From an uncultured Bacteroidales bacterium (GTDB taxonomy: Bacteria > Bacteroidota > Bacteroidia > Bacteroidales > FEN-979): a stretch of 64,000 nucleotides of DNA. The position numbers and the translations under genes were made by a program. Of this stretch, positions 1-9,236 are shown one piece after another (position 1 is the first letter of the stretch; each line of letters begins with the position of its first letter). The notes beneath the pieces were generated by a model, which was given only the letters and a program-made list of their open reading frames with translations, was not told where the DNA came from and did no database searches. The DNA lies in contig CAIRDP010000011.1 of the NCBI GenBank assembly GCA_903877385.1, positions 69,245 to 133,244 of the forward strand, in the 5' to 3' direction.

Positions 1-295
1 AATCGTAAAAAACCTGGAAGACCGAGCTGCCCTTGGTAAAGAATGAAACCTCGGCATAAAAAGTCTGCCTGTAATCGGGGTAGATAGAACCATCCCCGTA
101 ATCGAAGATCTGTCCCAGCACCCCAAGCTGTAGGCCCTGGTCGGCATCATATCCGATTACCGGGAGTGCAGCGGGAACCCAGCCTTTCTTTCGTTTTTCC
201 TTCTTATGCAGGGTGGTGTCGGCCTGTGCAAAGGCCATCTGCGAAGCGAGGATGAATAAACCTGTTACCAGCAGGAGTAAACTTTTTCTCATCAT
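1..295 (-). CDS. POTRA-less BamA/surface-antigen-like outer membrane protein, N-terminal fragment (runs off left edge)
   Basis: The minus-strand reading frame is open to position 1. It starts MMRKSLLLLVTGLFILASQMAFAQ (signal peptide). The following KKEKRKKGWVPAALPVIGYDADQGLQLG parallels KKEKRFRFFAIPLVAYDPATSLQFG of the barrel protein at 29500-30828. ATGA start/stop overlap with the upstream symporter. Confidence 0.4.
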   Translation of the reverse strand, partial: MMRKSLLLLVTGLFILASQMAFAQADTTLHKKEKRKKGWVPAALPVIGYDADQGLQLGVLGQIFDYGDGSIYPDYRQTFYAEVSFFTKGSSVFQVFYD

Positions 296-1704
296 GCCCG
301 GTTTTTCGTGAACAGGTTTACGATCAGTAAAGTCAATGCCGAAACAACGATGGAAAGAATAGCCAGGTCGGCATTATCCTTGAAGAATTCCATGGACTTT
401 CCCTGGAACATGGCTATCGCTATAAGTACAAAAACATATGCGATCCCGCTTAGAAAACTGGACAGGGCAGCCCTGCTGCTGATCTTCCAGTGAAACGAGG
501 CTACAGATGCGGGGATCAGGGTAAACCCTATCCCCGTAATAAAAATGATCACAGCTACAAGATCCCTCAGGAAATAAGCTCCGAAGCAGCTCAGAAAACT
601 TACCGAGATAATGCCGATGCGGGTGATCAGCATGCGGCGCTTGTCATCCGATGCTTTTCCCGACAGCTTGTCGTACCAGTCAACAGCCACGGAAGAAGCC
701 AGAACGAAGATCTGGGTGTCGGCGGCGCTCATGATGGCTGCAAAGATCATGATCAGGGAGGCCCCCAGCAGTTTCCGGGGAAGAAGGAGAGTAAGCCCTT
801 TGGCGAAGGCATCCTTGGCTTCTATGCCCGGAAGATGGCTGTGGGCGGCAAGGCCCACAATGGTGATGGCGATCCCTGTGATCACTGTAAAAATTGCCGA
901 CAATATGAACCCGTCCCTGACAATCCTGTCAGACCGGGCCCCGTAAACCCTCTGCCAGTATTCGGCGCTCTGGAAAATGATAAAGATGCCGAAACCTGTA
1001 AATGCAACGGTCATTCCAATGTTCATTCTTGAAAAATCAATAAGCTCCATGGTGAAATCCTTTTTATCATCCTGGAAGATCACCGATGCGATCATTATGA
1101 TGATGACCAGAAGCACCATGTACTGGAAGATGTCGGTGCGGATCACTGAACGGAAGCCACCGGCCAGAAGATAGGTGACGATGAGTGCGGCGCTCAGCAA
1201 TAAGCCCGTCTCATAGGACCATCCGCTGATTTGAGCCAGGAGGCTGCTTCCTGCAATGAACTGGTTCAGCAGCATTCCCGAATAAACAATCAGAAGTATG
1301 ATGGCCGAGAACAAACCCACCGGCTTGTTGAATTTGAAATAAAACCAGTCGGAAAGCGTGTAGAATTGCTTCTCCCCGCTGAATTTCCTGAGCTTGATCC
1401 CGTATGGAATAAATACCAGGAAACCAATGGCGGTGCCTATGAAAACTGCAAATGCCGAGATCCCGAAACGGTAAACATAAGCCGAATAAGCCACCAGGGC
1501 TGCCCCGCCTATATAACTCGCAACAACCGAAGTCACAAAACCAATGATGCCGATCTTCCTACCGGCTATCATGAAATCGGAGTCGGATTTGCGCCTTGAA
1601 GCATATAATCCTATCCCCAGGCTGGTGCATGCATACAATATGAGCAGAAAAATATCGAATGGGCTGAGGTTGCCGCCCTGGAGTTGTTCGAAAAACCTGT
1701 TCAT
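292..1704 (-). CDS. sodium:solute symporter family transporter
   Basis: 470-aa polytopic membrane ORF. The N-terminus (FLLILYACTSLGIGLYASRRKSDSDFMIAGRKIG, then GGAALVAYS) is typical of the SSF family. ATG at 1702-1704. Confidence 0.8.
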   Translation of the reverse strand: MNRFFEQLQGGNLSPFDIFLLILYACTSLGIGLYASRRKSDSDFMIAGRKIGIIGFVTSVVASYIGGAALVAYSAYVYRFGISAFAVFIGTAIGFLVFIPYGIKLRKFSGEKQFYTLSDWFYFKFNKPVGLFSAIILLIVYSGMLLNQFIAGSSLLAQISGWSYETGLLLSAALIVTYLLAGGFRSVIRTDIFQYMVLLVIIIMIASVIFQDDKKDFTMELIDFSRMNIGMTVAFTGFGIFIIFQSAEYWQRVYGARSDRIVRDGFILSAIFTVITGIAITIVGLAAHSHLPGIEAKDAFAKGLTLLLPRKLLGASLIMIFAAIMSAADTQIFVLASSVAVDWYDKLSGKASDDKRRMLITRIGIISVSFLSCFGAYFLRDLVAVIIFITGIGFTLIPASVASFHWKISSRAALSSFLSGIAYVFVLIAIAMFQGKSMEFFKDNADLAILSIVVSALTLLIVNLFTKNRA

Positions 1705-1708
1705 TAAA

Positions 1709-1716
1709 CAAAGATA
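1709..1716 (-). promoter_or_regulatory. candidate Bacteroidota -7 box TATCTTTG, 4 nt upstream of the symporter ATG
   Basis: The minus strand reads TATCTTTG-ttta-ATG, matching the TAnnTTTG consensus. No clear -33 TTTG was found. Confidence 0.3.
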
Positions 1717-1964
1717 AAAGGATATTCATAAATTTCAAGGTGCTCATTAACAAAAAACCTGACACATAATGCCTGTCGTTTGTCGTGCTTTTCATGACGT
1801 TCGACGAATTAATTTTTTTTCAGAAGCCGGCGGGGTTTACTTTGCTGTAAAATTAAATAGCCATGAAAACAAAAAGCATAATCCTGGCAAGCCTTTTAGC
1901 TCTAATCATGAACTCGGGTAGGCCGGGAGGAAGTGATGAAATTCTTCAGACAAAGATGATGCAG

Positions 1965-4034
1965 CTACGGTTTCGGCCGGTCTATGCTGGCCTCATCAGG
2001 CCTGAGCATGTTATAATTTACCTTGTACAGGTATGCCGGCTCATTATCGGAGGTCCCCACCTGGCAGATTTTGGTCGTGAATTTCGGGTATTTGAATTTG
2101 ATATATTCCACAAACCGCTCAACCGTATTATTGGTATTCCCGTTCCTTGTGGCGCCATCGGCCCTCAGGCTGGCAGTGAGTATATGGGTGACCCCTGAAC
2201 GTTTCAGTAAATTTACCAGGGTGTCAGCAAAGACGATGGTGATCTTGTATTGAGTCTCATGGACCCATGAATTGACTGTGTCAAAACTGTCGGTTATGTC
2301 GATGCGTGCATTTCTCATTTCCTGCACCAGTTCAACTTTCAGGCTGTCGGGTATCTTCAGAACGTAGCAAGGTATCGCTTCCGAAGCCGCCTTCCTTATG
2401 ATCCCATAACCAACAAGCCACTTTTTGAACTTGTAATAAATTTCGCGGGGAACGGGATGGTTGCTTATGGAATAATTCTGGATAAAAGTGAAATTTTGCT
2501 TTTTCTGAAGTTCCCCCATTAACATTGAATCACTTGAAATTGCAGGGATTTTTGCGATCCCGAAAAAATCCCTCCCCCTGCTGTAGATAAACGAGATGGA
2601 AGGTTTGCGGCAGGCGGTTACAGAGCCGGCGGGAAGGTTTTCGGATGTCCATTCGCTGATACTGCAGTAATTCTGCCAGTCGGGTGTAAGTCCCGAATAC
2701 TGGTCCTTTATCTGCTTTACCACAAGGATATCCCTGGCAGTACCTTCCAGAGCTGAGACCAGGAGGGCTAAAAACAGGATCGGCAGAACGAACTGGAACA
2801 CTGCCAGTTTTTTCAGGCAGAACAGGTAATAAAAGAAAGAGACCAGCAGCAGGAGGAGCAGGGGAAAGTATGAAATGATATAACGGTCCTGTAGCCACAT
2901 CACCTGAGTGATGAGGAAAATACCTGCCATGGAAACTGTTGTGTAAATGATGGTAAATAAAATAAAAAGGTTTTTCCCTTTAACCATAAAAAGTAATCCG
3001 CAAACCAACAGCACGGTCAGAACTGTAAGCCAGGTAAGGGCTGCAGTGTCCCTGCCACCTTCACGCAGACCCATAAAAACATATACCGTTTTGGAAATAT
3101 AATAGTTGGAATTCTGAATAAAACGGCTCGCAAAGCCGGCAGCATCTTCCATGCCTGAGCCGGGGGAATAATAATCTTTTGCCATGAAACTGCCGGCCTG
3201 TCCCGAGAACATGAAGCCTGCACTTCCCCAGATCATGGATTTAAGGGCAAGGAAAACAAGAAAGACCAGGGCGAAGGAACCCAGGAAATACAGTATGTTC
3301 TTCCATTCGGCCTTGAGGAGGAAAAACACGGCAATTGCAAGGACTGAAGCAAAGCCGATTGGGCGGGTCAACACCAGCCCCAGTAAAAGGACCGAGAGGA
3401 TGAGGTGGTTCACCGCCAGGGTTTTAAATGAACCCGGGTGGACCTTTCCCACGAACAGTTTAAAGAATAAAAAGAAGGTTAGTGATTGAAGAAAGAGGAA
3501 GAAGGCTTCGGTGTATGTTTGGCTGGAGTAATACAATAAGGAAGAGTTGACCGTAAGCAGGAGAAGGGTGATGGTCATTACCAGGGGCGGAACATTGTCA
3601 ATTAACACCCTGTACATGAAATATACGAAGCCCAGCATGCAGATGAGCGAGATTGATTTCAGGGGTATGGCGCTGATCCCGAAAACAGCAACGAATGGCC
3701 CGAGGAATACCGGGTAAAGCGGCCCCTGGAAGGATGGGAACACAAAATGACGGACGAAGTTGTAGGCCCTTTCTACATAAGCTGAATCATCACCAGCGAG
3801 GCTGAAACGGATATCAAAAAGAAGAATGCTGAAAACCAGGGTAAGCAGAAGGGAGGCAATAATGACTTTGCCCGAATTTTTTAACAGGTAGGTATTGGTT
3901 TTTGAGAACAGGTCCGAGCTGGTGCTACTGCCCGGTGTTTTTCCTTGTTTGCCGCCATTGACGCCCTGCGGATTTTGCCGGGGCCGGTTGCTCCGGTCTG
4001 GTTTTTGGTTTGATCTTGCATTCGTTTTTGCCAT
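1965..4034 (-). CDS. large polytopic membrane protein, GT-C fold (ArnT/PMT-like, family 39-like) glycosyltransferase candidate
   Basis: 689 aa with more than 10 hydrophobic segments. AGDDSAYVERAY follows the first TM helix and resembles the DD/DE-x-x-Y loop signature of GT-C enzymes. The C-terminal third is a soluble domain. Confidence 0.5.
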   Translation of the reverse strand: MAKTNARSNQKPDRSNRPRQNPQGVNGGKQGKTPGSSTSSDLFSKTNTYLLKNSGKVIIASLLLTLVFSILLFDIRFSLAGDDSAYVERAYNFVRHFVFPSFQGPLYPVFLGPFVAVFGISAIPLKSISLICMLGFVYFMYRVLIDNVPPLVMTITLLLLTVNSSLLYYSSQTYTEAFFLFLQSLTFFLFFKLFVGKVHPGSFKTLAVNHLILSVLLLGLVLTRPIGFASVLAIAVFFLLKAEWKNILYFLGSFALVFLVFLALKSMIWGSAGFMFSGQAGSFMAKDYYSPGSGMEDAAGFASRFIQNSNYYISKTVYVFMGLREGGRDTAALTWLTVLTVLLVCGLLFMVKGKNLFILFTIIYTTVSMAGIFLITQVMWLQDRYIISYFPLLLLLLVSFFYYLFCLKKLAVFQFVLPILFLALLVSALEGTARDILVVKQIKDQYSGLTPDWQNYCSISEWTSENLPAGSVTACRKPSISFIYSRGRDFFGIAKIPAISSDSMLMGELQKKQNFTFIQNYSISNHPVPREIYYKFKKWLVGYGIIRKAASEAIPCYVLKIPDSLKVELVQEMRNARIDITDSFDTVNSWVHETQYKITIVFADTLVNLLKRSGVTHILTASLRADGATRNGNTNNTVERFVEYIKFKYPKFTTKICQVGTSDNEPAYLYKVNYNMLRPDEASIDRPKP

Positions 4035-4044
4035 AGGCTTAAAA

Positions 4045-4962
4045 TCAGGTCTTAAACGGTTTTCTTCGGTATACCATCAGAAGACAGGCAAAACTCATCA
4101 GCAGGCTGAGCAAGATGAGCAAGACATTATGGGTGCTGCCGAAGTCCTGGTATTTCTGGCTTATTATACCCAGGTTTGCAAGATAGGAAATGATGATTGC
4201 GCCGCTGTTATTAACGAAATGGGCAAATACCGGGACCCAGATGGTACCGCTCCAGTAAAACAGGTATCCGAATATAACCCCCAGTATCATTCTCGGCAGC
4301 AATCCGTAAAACTGCAGGTGCATGACCCCGAACAGGAAGCCTGTTATAAAAATGGCGATATGAATGTTCTTAAACCAGTCTCTCAGAAGCTTTTGCAGCA
4401 GGCCCCTGAACATAAACTCCTCTCCCACTGCAGGCAGAATCCCGATCATAAAAATATTAAACAGGAAGTTGGGAAAGGATTTACCGGAAAGGAAGGTATC
4501 GGTGAGCTTCCCGGCCTGTTCCTCTGCGCTTTTCATCCAGTTCTCGATGCCCTCAAGGAAAGCCGGCAGTTTCATCATGGCATTGATATCGACCAGCCAG
4601 TTGATGAAGGGAAGGCAAACAAACATCAGGATAAAGACAATGATATAAAGAGCCACTTTGCCCGTGCTGCCTGCATGGAGGTAGGACCAGGAATTTCTCT
4701 CAAACAGGTACCCAAGCATTATGGGGGGGATGATGAAGAGTCCGAACGACTGGGTAACCTGGAAATATTCAAGCAGGGGAAGCGCTTTTGGATTGTCTGT
4801 CTGGCTCAGGACAGCCATTATTCCGGTCAGGTTCATATGCCACAGAAGCATAGCCAGCAGGAGGGCTGCGAAAAAGACAATGATAAAACAGGAAAAAGTT
4901 AGTGCAAGGGCAAACACCAGCCTGCCCGAAGGCGTAAGGTTCCCGAGTATGGCTTGTTTCAT
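4045..4962 (-). CDS. CPBP family intramembrane glutamic endopeptidase (CAAX protease-like)
   Basis: Motifs EEFMFRGLLQ, FGVMHLQF and FAHFVNN are present. I chose the start at MKQAILG (ATG 4960-4962) because the longer ORF would overlap dusB. Confidence 0.8.
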   Translation of the reverse strand: MKQAILGNLTPSGRLVFALALTFSCFIIVFFAALLLAMLLWHMNLTGIMAVLSQTDNPKALPLLEYFQVTQSFGLFIIPPIMLGYLFERNSWSYLHAGSTGKVALYIIVFILMFVCLPFINWLVDINAMMKLPAFLEGIENWMKSAEEQAGKLTDTFLSGKSFPNFLFNIFMIGILPAVGEEFMFRGLLQKLLRDWFKNIHIAIFITGFLFGVMHLQFYGLLPRMILGVIFGYLFYWSGTIWVPVFAHFVNNSGAIIISYLANLGIISQKYQDFGSTHNVLLILLSLLMSFACLLMVYRRKPFKT

Positions 4963-4971
4963 CAGATTGTC

Positions 4972-4979
4972 TATTTTTG
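4972..4979 (+). promoter_or_regulatory. candidate -7 box TATTTTTG upstream of dusB
   Basis: TAnnTTTG match 17 nt upstream of the dusB TTG start. The -33 element is weak (TTG at 4954-4956). Confidence 0.3.
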
Positions 4980-4996
4980 CGCTAAAATAATGAATT

Positions 4997-5980
4997 TTGG
5001 TCAGGATAGGTGAAACGGATTTTGGAGAATTCCCTGTAATTCTTGCTCCCATGGAAGATGTCACGGATTCGCCTTTCCGTTCGATCTGCAAGGATTTCGG
5101 GGCTGATGTGATGATCACCGAATTCGTGGCTGCCGAGGGGTTGATCCGTGATGCATTGAAAAGTACGATGAAGATGCGGTTTGAGGCTAAGGAAAGGCCG
5201 ATCGGCATACAGATTTTCGGGGCCAATACCGATTCAATGATGAAAGCGGCGGAAGCTGCCTCTGCAGCTTATCCTGATTTTATAGATCTGAACTTCGGTT
5301 GCCCTGTGCGCAAGATCGTGATGAAAGGCGGGGGGGCCGCCCTTATGCAGGATATTCCCAAAATGATCTCAATGGCCGGGGCCGTCGTGAAAGCCACAAA
5401 GCTTCCTGTCACTGCAAAAACAAGGCTGGGCTGGGACGAAAAGCACCGGGAAATAGTGGATATTGCTGAACGGTTGCAGGATGCAGGGATCAGGGCCATA
5501 AGCATCCATGGTCGTACCCGTATCCAGTTATACGGGGGCAAGGCCGACTGGACGCTGATAGGGGCTGTGAAAAACAACCCCCGCATGCATATCCCTGTTT
5601 TCGGAAACGGGGATATAGATTCCGGTATTAAAGCCAGGGAAATGAGAGACCGGTATGGTGTTGACGGAATACTGATAGGGAGGGCGGCAGTTGGGAATCC
5701 CTGGATTTTCCGCGAGGTTAAATCCTTCCTGGAGAATGGCAGCTTACCACCTGCGCCATCCGTAAGCGAAAGAATAAAAATACTCCGTCTTCATCTTGTA
5801 AAGTCGGTAGTTTATAAAGGGGAACGCGCCACCTTGTTCGAAATGCGCAAGATATACAACGGGTATTTTAAAGGGATTGCGGGCTTCAGGCCTTTCAGGA
5901 TCAAGCTGGTCACGGCAGCATCATTGGAGGAAATTGGTTCGATCCTGGCCGAGATCGAGGCTCTTCAATCATTTGTATAA
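4997..5980 (+). CDS. dusB: tRNA-dihydrouridine synthase
   Basis: The sequences VILAPMEDVTDSPFR, NFGCP, HGRT and GNGDI match the Dus family TIM barrel. TTG start. Confidence 0.9.
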   Translation: MVRIGETDFGEFPVILAPMEDVTDSPFRSICKDFGADVMITEFVAAEGLIRDALKSTMKMRFEAKERPIGIQIFGANTDSMMKAAEAASAAYPDFIDLNFGCPVRKIVMKGGGAALMQDIPKMISMAGAVVKATKLPVTAKTRLGWDEKHREIVDIAERLQDAGIRAISIHGRTRIQLYGGKADWTLIGAVKNNPRMHIPVFGNGDIDSGIKAREMRDRYGVDGILIGRAAVGNPWIFREVKSFLENGSLPPAPSVSERIKILRLHLVKSVVYKGERATLFEMRKIYNGYFKGIAGFRPFRIKLVTAASLEEIGSILAEIEALQSFV

Positions 5981-5996
5981 ACGATAATTTCAAGCC

Positions 5997-7109
5997 ATGG
6001 AGGAATTGAAAAAAGGTAAACAGCAGGAACGCATCGTCTCGATCGACGCGTTAAGAGGTTTTGATATGTTCTGGATCTCAAGCGGGGATGCATTTTTCGT
6101 AGCCCTGCTCACGTTTATAAATACTCCTTTCTGCCAGCGCCTGGCCTTACAGCTGGATCATCCGGCATGGACCGGATTCCGCTTTTATGATATGATATTT
6201 CCCTTATTCCTTTTTATCATGGGGGTTGCCATGCCTTTATCGATAACCCGCCGCATTGAAAGGGGGGATTCGCGAAAGAAATTATATTATCACATTATCC
6301 GCAGGACCCTTCTCCTTTTCCTTCTTGGCCTGGTTTATAACGGGCTTTTTAATTTTGATTTCGCCACCCAGCGTTATACCGGGGTACTGCAGAGGTTTGC
6401 CGTTACCTATTTCTTTGCTTCCCTCATCGTAATGAACTTTAAACAGAAAGGGCAACTCGTTTGGGCTGCTTCCATACTTTTAATATACTGGCTTATCCTG
6501 CTTCTGGTTCCTGCCCCGGGATTTCATGCATATGACCTGACGCCCCAGGGTAATCTTTGTGGTTATATCGACAGGCAGTTTTTGCCCGGGTCGTTCTGTT
6601 GTTACAAATTCGGCGACAACGAAGGTTTTCTTACCATGTTACCTGCCGTGACCAACGTTTTATTCGGTGTTTTGGCCGGCCGCTGGCTGCTGGGGGAGGC
6701 GGAAGAGGCAAAAAAGATCAGGAACCTGCTTACCTCCGGCGCTTCATTCATTGCGGCAGGCCTGGTCTGGAGCCTGGTTTTCCCTGTAAACAAATACTTA
6801 TGGACCGGCTCCTATGCATTGCTTACTGCCGGGATTTCTTTCATGCTTTTATGCGCTTTTTACTGGATTATTGATGTGAAAGGATATAAGAAATGGGCTT
6901 TCCCCTTTGTAGTGATCGGATTAAACCCCATTACGATTTATGTGATCCAGGGAATTTTTGACTTCGGGATCATTGCAAACATATTCATTCACGGCTTCGC
7001 AGATTCTTTCGGGAGTTTTAAACCCGTGGTATTTCAGTTCAGTGTAATCCTGGTTAAATGGTTTTTCCTGTACTTCCTGTACAGGAAAAAAATCTTTTTA
7101 AAAGTGTAG
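5997..7109 (+). CDS. DUF5009 / heparan-alpha-glucosaminide N-acetyltransferase-like membrane acyltransferase
   Basis: The N-terminal RIVSIDALRGFDMFWI motif and about 10 TM helices are typical of this family. Confidence 0.65.
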   Translation: MEELKKGKQQERIVSIDALRGFDMFWISSGDAFFVALLTFINTPFCQRLALQLDHPAWTGFRFYDMIFPLFLFIMGVAMPLSITRRIERGDSRKKLYYHIIRRTLLLFLLGLVYNGLFNFDFATQRYTGVLQRFAVTYFFASLIVMNFKQKGQLVWAASILLIYWLILLLVPAPGFHAYDLTPQGNLCGYIDRQFLPGSFCCYKFGDNEGFLTMLPAVTNVLFGVLAGRWLLGEAEEAKKIRNLLTSGASFIAAGLVWSLVFPVNKYLWTGSYALLTAGISFMLLCAFYWIIDVKGYKKWAFPFVVIGLNPITIYVIQGIFDFGIIANIFIHGFADSFGSFKPVVFQFSVILVKWFFLYFLYRKKIFLKV

Positions 7110-7230
7110 GGATACGGTGCCCCTGCCGGTTTCAGGAATCGGGCAGGCAAAAGTTATGATAGGTTTTTTGTTTTTTTTCATTACCTTTGAGGTAATGGGA
7201 GAAACCAGTGTAAAATAAGACCCTAAGATT

Positions 7231-7611
7231 ATGAAAGATTTCAAAAAATATTATCATATCCCCGCCCCTCCTCATGATGTGTATGCTGCCCTCACCAACC
7301 CGGTTACACTGCTGCTGTGGACCGGGGAACCTGCAGTAATGACAACCCAGCCCGGATCGGAATTCTCACTCTGGGATGGCAGTATCGTGGGGATGAACCT
7401 CGAATTCGAGGAAGATAAAAAGATAGTGCAGCAGTGGTATTTCGACGGACAGCCTGAAGAATCCATTGTCACTATAATCCTGCATGCCCAGGGCAACGGC
7501 ACATCCGTTGAGCTCAGACATACCAATATCCCTGACGAGGAGTTCGAGGATTTTACCAATGGCTGGGATGAATATTATTTCGGTTCTTTATTAACGTTTT
7601 ATAAAGATTAA
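7231..7611 (+). CDS. SRPBCC (AHSA1/START-like) domain protein
   Basis: 126 aa. VYAALTNPVTLLLWTG and NGWDEYYFGSL are typical of Aha1-like SRPBCC proteins. Confidence 0.75.
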   Translation: MKDFKKYYHIPAPPHDVYAALTNPVTLLLWTGEPAVMTTQPGSEFSLWDGSIVGMNLEFEEDKKIVQQWYFDGQPEESIVTIILHAQGNGTSVELRHTNIPDEEFEDFTNGWDEYYFGSLLTFYKD

Positions 7612-7640
7612 TTACAAACCTTTTAATTAAAATTATCATC

Positions 7641-8270
7641 ATGAAAAAACTTACATTACCGGCAGGCATCCTTGGCATAACCGCCCTGATGCTTGTTCTC
7701 TCCTGTACTTCCCCGATCTCGCTTACCAGCTGGAAAAACCCCAACGATCATGTACAGATATCCAAGGTCGTTGTTGTTCCGATGTTTGCGAAACTGGAAT
7801 ATGTGAAGCCTTTCGAACAGGCCATGTGCGGCTATTTCAACCAGATGGGCCTGAAAAGCATGGGCTCACTCGATTTCCTGAATCCCACCAAATCCTACAC
7901 TGTTGACCAGGTTAAGGCAAAGATCGACAGCCTTGGCGCCGATGCCGTGCTTATTTTCAAATACACAGGCACTGATAAAGAAACAAGCTATGTGCCTGCA
8001 ACGTATTACGGCGGATACGGCAGTTACTGGGGCTGGGGAGGCGGATTTTACGGTGGAGGAGTTTATTCCGGCGGTTATTGGTCCACCACTTCCACTGTGA
8101 ATATAAAATCGGTGCTTTATGAAGTGAAGAACAGTGAGAGCGCTTTCTGGACTGCCGAGATCAGTGTTGACAATCCCCAGTACGTGGATCAGTCGGCGAT
8201 GCAGCTTGCACAGAAAATATATGCCGACTGGCAGGTCAACGGCATGATCAAAACGGTGGCAAAAAAATAG
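7641..8270 (+). CDS. lipoprotein with a Gly/Tyr/Trp-rich segment, function unknown
   Basis: Signal peptide ending LVLSC (lipobox). Low-complexity stretch YYGGYGSYWGWGGGFYGGGVYSGGYWS. Confidence 0.6.
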   Translation: MKKLTLPAGILGITALMLVLSCTSPISLTSWKNPNDHVQISKVVVVPMFAKLEYVKPFEQAMCGYFNQMGLKSMGSLDFLNPTKSYTVDQVKAKIDSLGADAVLIFKYTGTDKETSYVPATYYGGYGSYWGWGGGFYGGGVYSGGYWSTTSTVNIKSVLYEVKNSESAFWTAEISVDNPQYVDQSAMQLAQKIYADWQVNGMIKTVAKK

Positions 8271-8287
8271 ACAGAATTGAGGGGGGA

Positions 8288-9130
8288 TCAGAAACGGTTT
8301 TCCACCAGTTCCTTTATCCTTTTAAAGGCATTCGAAGCGGAATGCCAGTTATTACGGCGCCTCAGGAGGTCCAGGTATTCCTGGGCCTGGGGGAGGGTTT
8401 TAAAACCGCCCAGGGTTTCGATGCATTCATTGTATTCACGAAGGTTGCCGTCGAAAAGTTCGTTGATAAACATGAATTTATCATTGATCCCGATAGCGGC
8501 TTTGAAGCTTTCGTGGCGCGAAACCTTGGGACCAAGGCTCTTTTCCCTTGCTTCTTTAAGTTTGATATTGAACACCGGTTCTTCGGAAGCAAAAAGGTCG
8601 AGCTCGGCAGTCCTGGCAGGGCGTTTCTGCCTTGGTTCTTTATCAGCCAGAGGCCTGATTGGAATTTTAGGGCCTGAAACGGGTTCGGTAGTTTCAGGAA
8701 TTTCCGGCTTAGCTTCAACTGAAGGCTCAGTTTCGTCATCCCGGACCGGGGTTTCGGCAAGGTGAACCATTGGCGTATCCATCTCAGGTTCAGGGAGGAT
8801 CTCCGGCAGAGGCTCAGCAGGCGGCTTCTCATTCACAACCAGTTGATCCTCATCCTGTTTGCCTGCTATTATTAAAGGTTTAAGAGAGTGATGGGCATTC
8901 ATTGAGTTTTTAATATCCTGAGGGCCCGAGATCTTTTTTTCAACGAAAAGCAGTGGGTCGTTCAGCCGTTGGAGGCGGTGGAAAGTCTCGTACAGTTTAC
9001 GGACGTTTTCCATGATCATGTCGAATTCAATCTGGGGAATAAAATCCTCATATTCCCTTATGATCTCAAACTGTTCGTTGATTGCTTCGAGCAGGATCTG
9101 TAATTCCCGGGTAATTATACTTTTATCCAT
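8288..9130 (-). CDS. hypothetical protein with an acidic Pro/Glu-rich central linker
   Basis: 280-aa ORF with an ATG start and a helical N-terminal domain. A PEPEMDTP...EPSVEAKPEIPETTEP linker precedes a conserved-looking C-terminal domain. I recognise no family. Confidence 0.55.
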   Translation of the reverse strand: MDKSIITRELQILLEAINEQFEIIREYEDFIPQIEFDMIMENVRKLYETFHRLQRLNDPLLFVEKKISGPQDIKNSMNAHHSLKPLIIAGKQDEDQLVVNEKPPAEPLPEILPEPEMDTPMVHLAETPVRDDETEPSVEAKPEIPETTEPVSGPKIPIRPLADKEPRQKRPARTAELDLFASEEPVFNIKLKEAREKSLGPKVSRHESFKAAIGINDKFMFINELFDGNLREYNECIETLGGFKTLPQAQEYLDLLRRRNNWHSASNAFKRIKELVENRF

Positions 9131-9203
9131 AAACAGGTTTAAAGATACTGCATTTAAGATGTGCTCTGAAACAATTGTGGATAATTTCTGAGAAAAAATT
9201 CCT

Positions 9204-9211
9204 TAGATTTG
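9204..9211 (+). promoter_or_regulatory. candidate -7 box TAGATTTG upstream of the cyclophilin gene
   Basis: TAnnTTTG match 25 nt upstream of ATG 9237. No good -33 element. Confidence 0.3.
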
Positions 9212-9236
9212 CAAGCAGATTCAAAATGTTATTCCT

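Noticed and set aside
1863-2198. 111-aa ORF beginning with a signal-peptide-like MKTKSIILASLLALIMNSG
   Set aside because: After 34 codons it runs antisense into the 3' end of the 689-aa membrane protein gene, and the remainder looks random. It is more likely a chance ORF, though a very short secreted peptide cannot be excluded.
3895-4902. 335-aa + strand ORF
   Set aside because: It lies entirely antisense to the GT-C-like and CPBP protease genes. It has a low-complexity composition rich in His, Gln and Lys, and no recognisable motif. It is a shadow ORF of the real minus-strand genes.
4963-5226. N-terminal extension of the CPBP protease ORF (393-aa version)
   Set aside because: The extension overlaps dusB on the opposite strand by about 230 nt and has no membrane or protease features. 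The internal MKQAILG start gives a typical CPBP length.
7128-7197. Terminator after the DUF5009 gene (CCTGCC...GGCAGG stem, and a CATTACCT-ttg-AGGTAATG hairpin)
   Set aside because: The first stem is separated from the T-rich run by about 17 nt. The second has only a 3-nt loop and no U-tract, and it overlaps a possible TACCTTTG -7 box. The evidence is too ambiguous to call.
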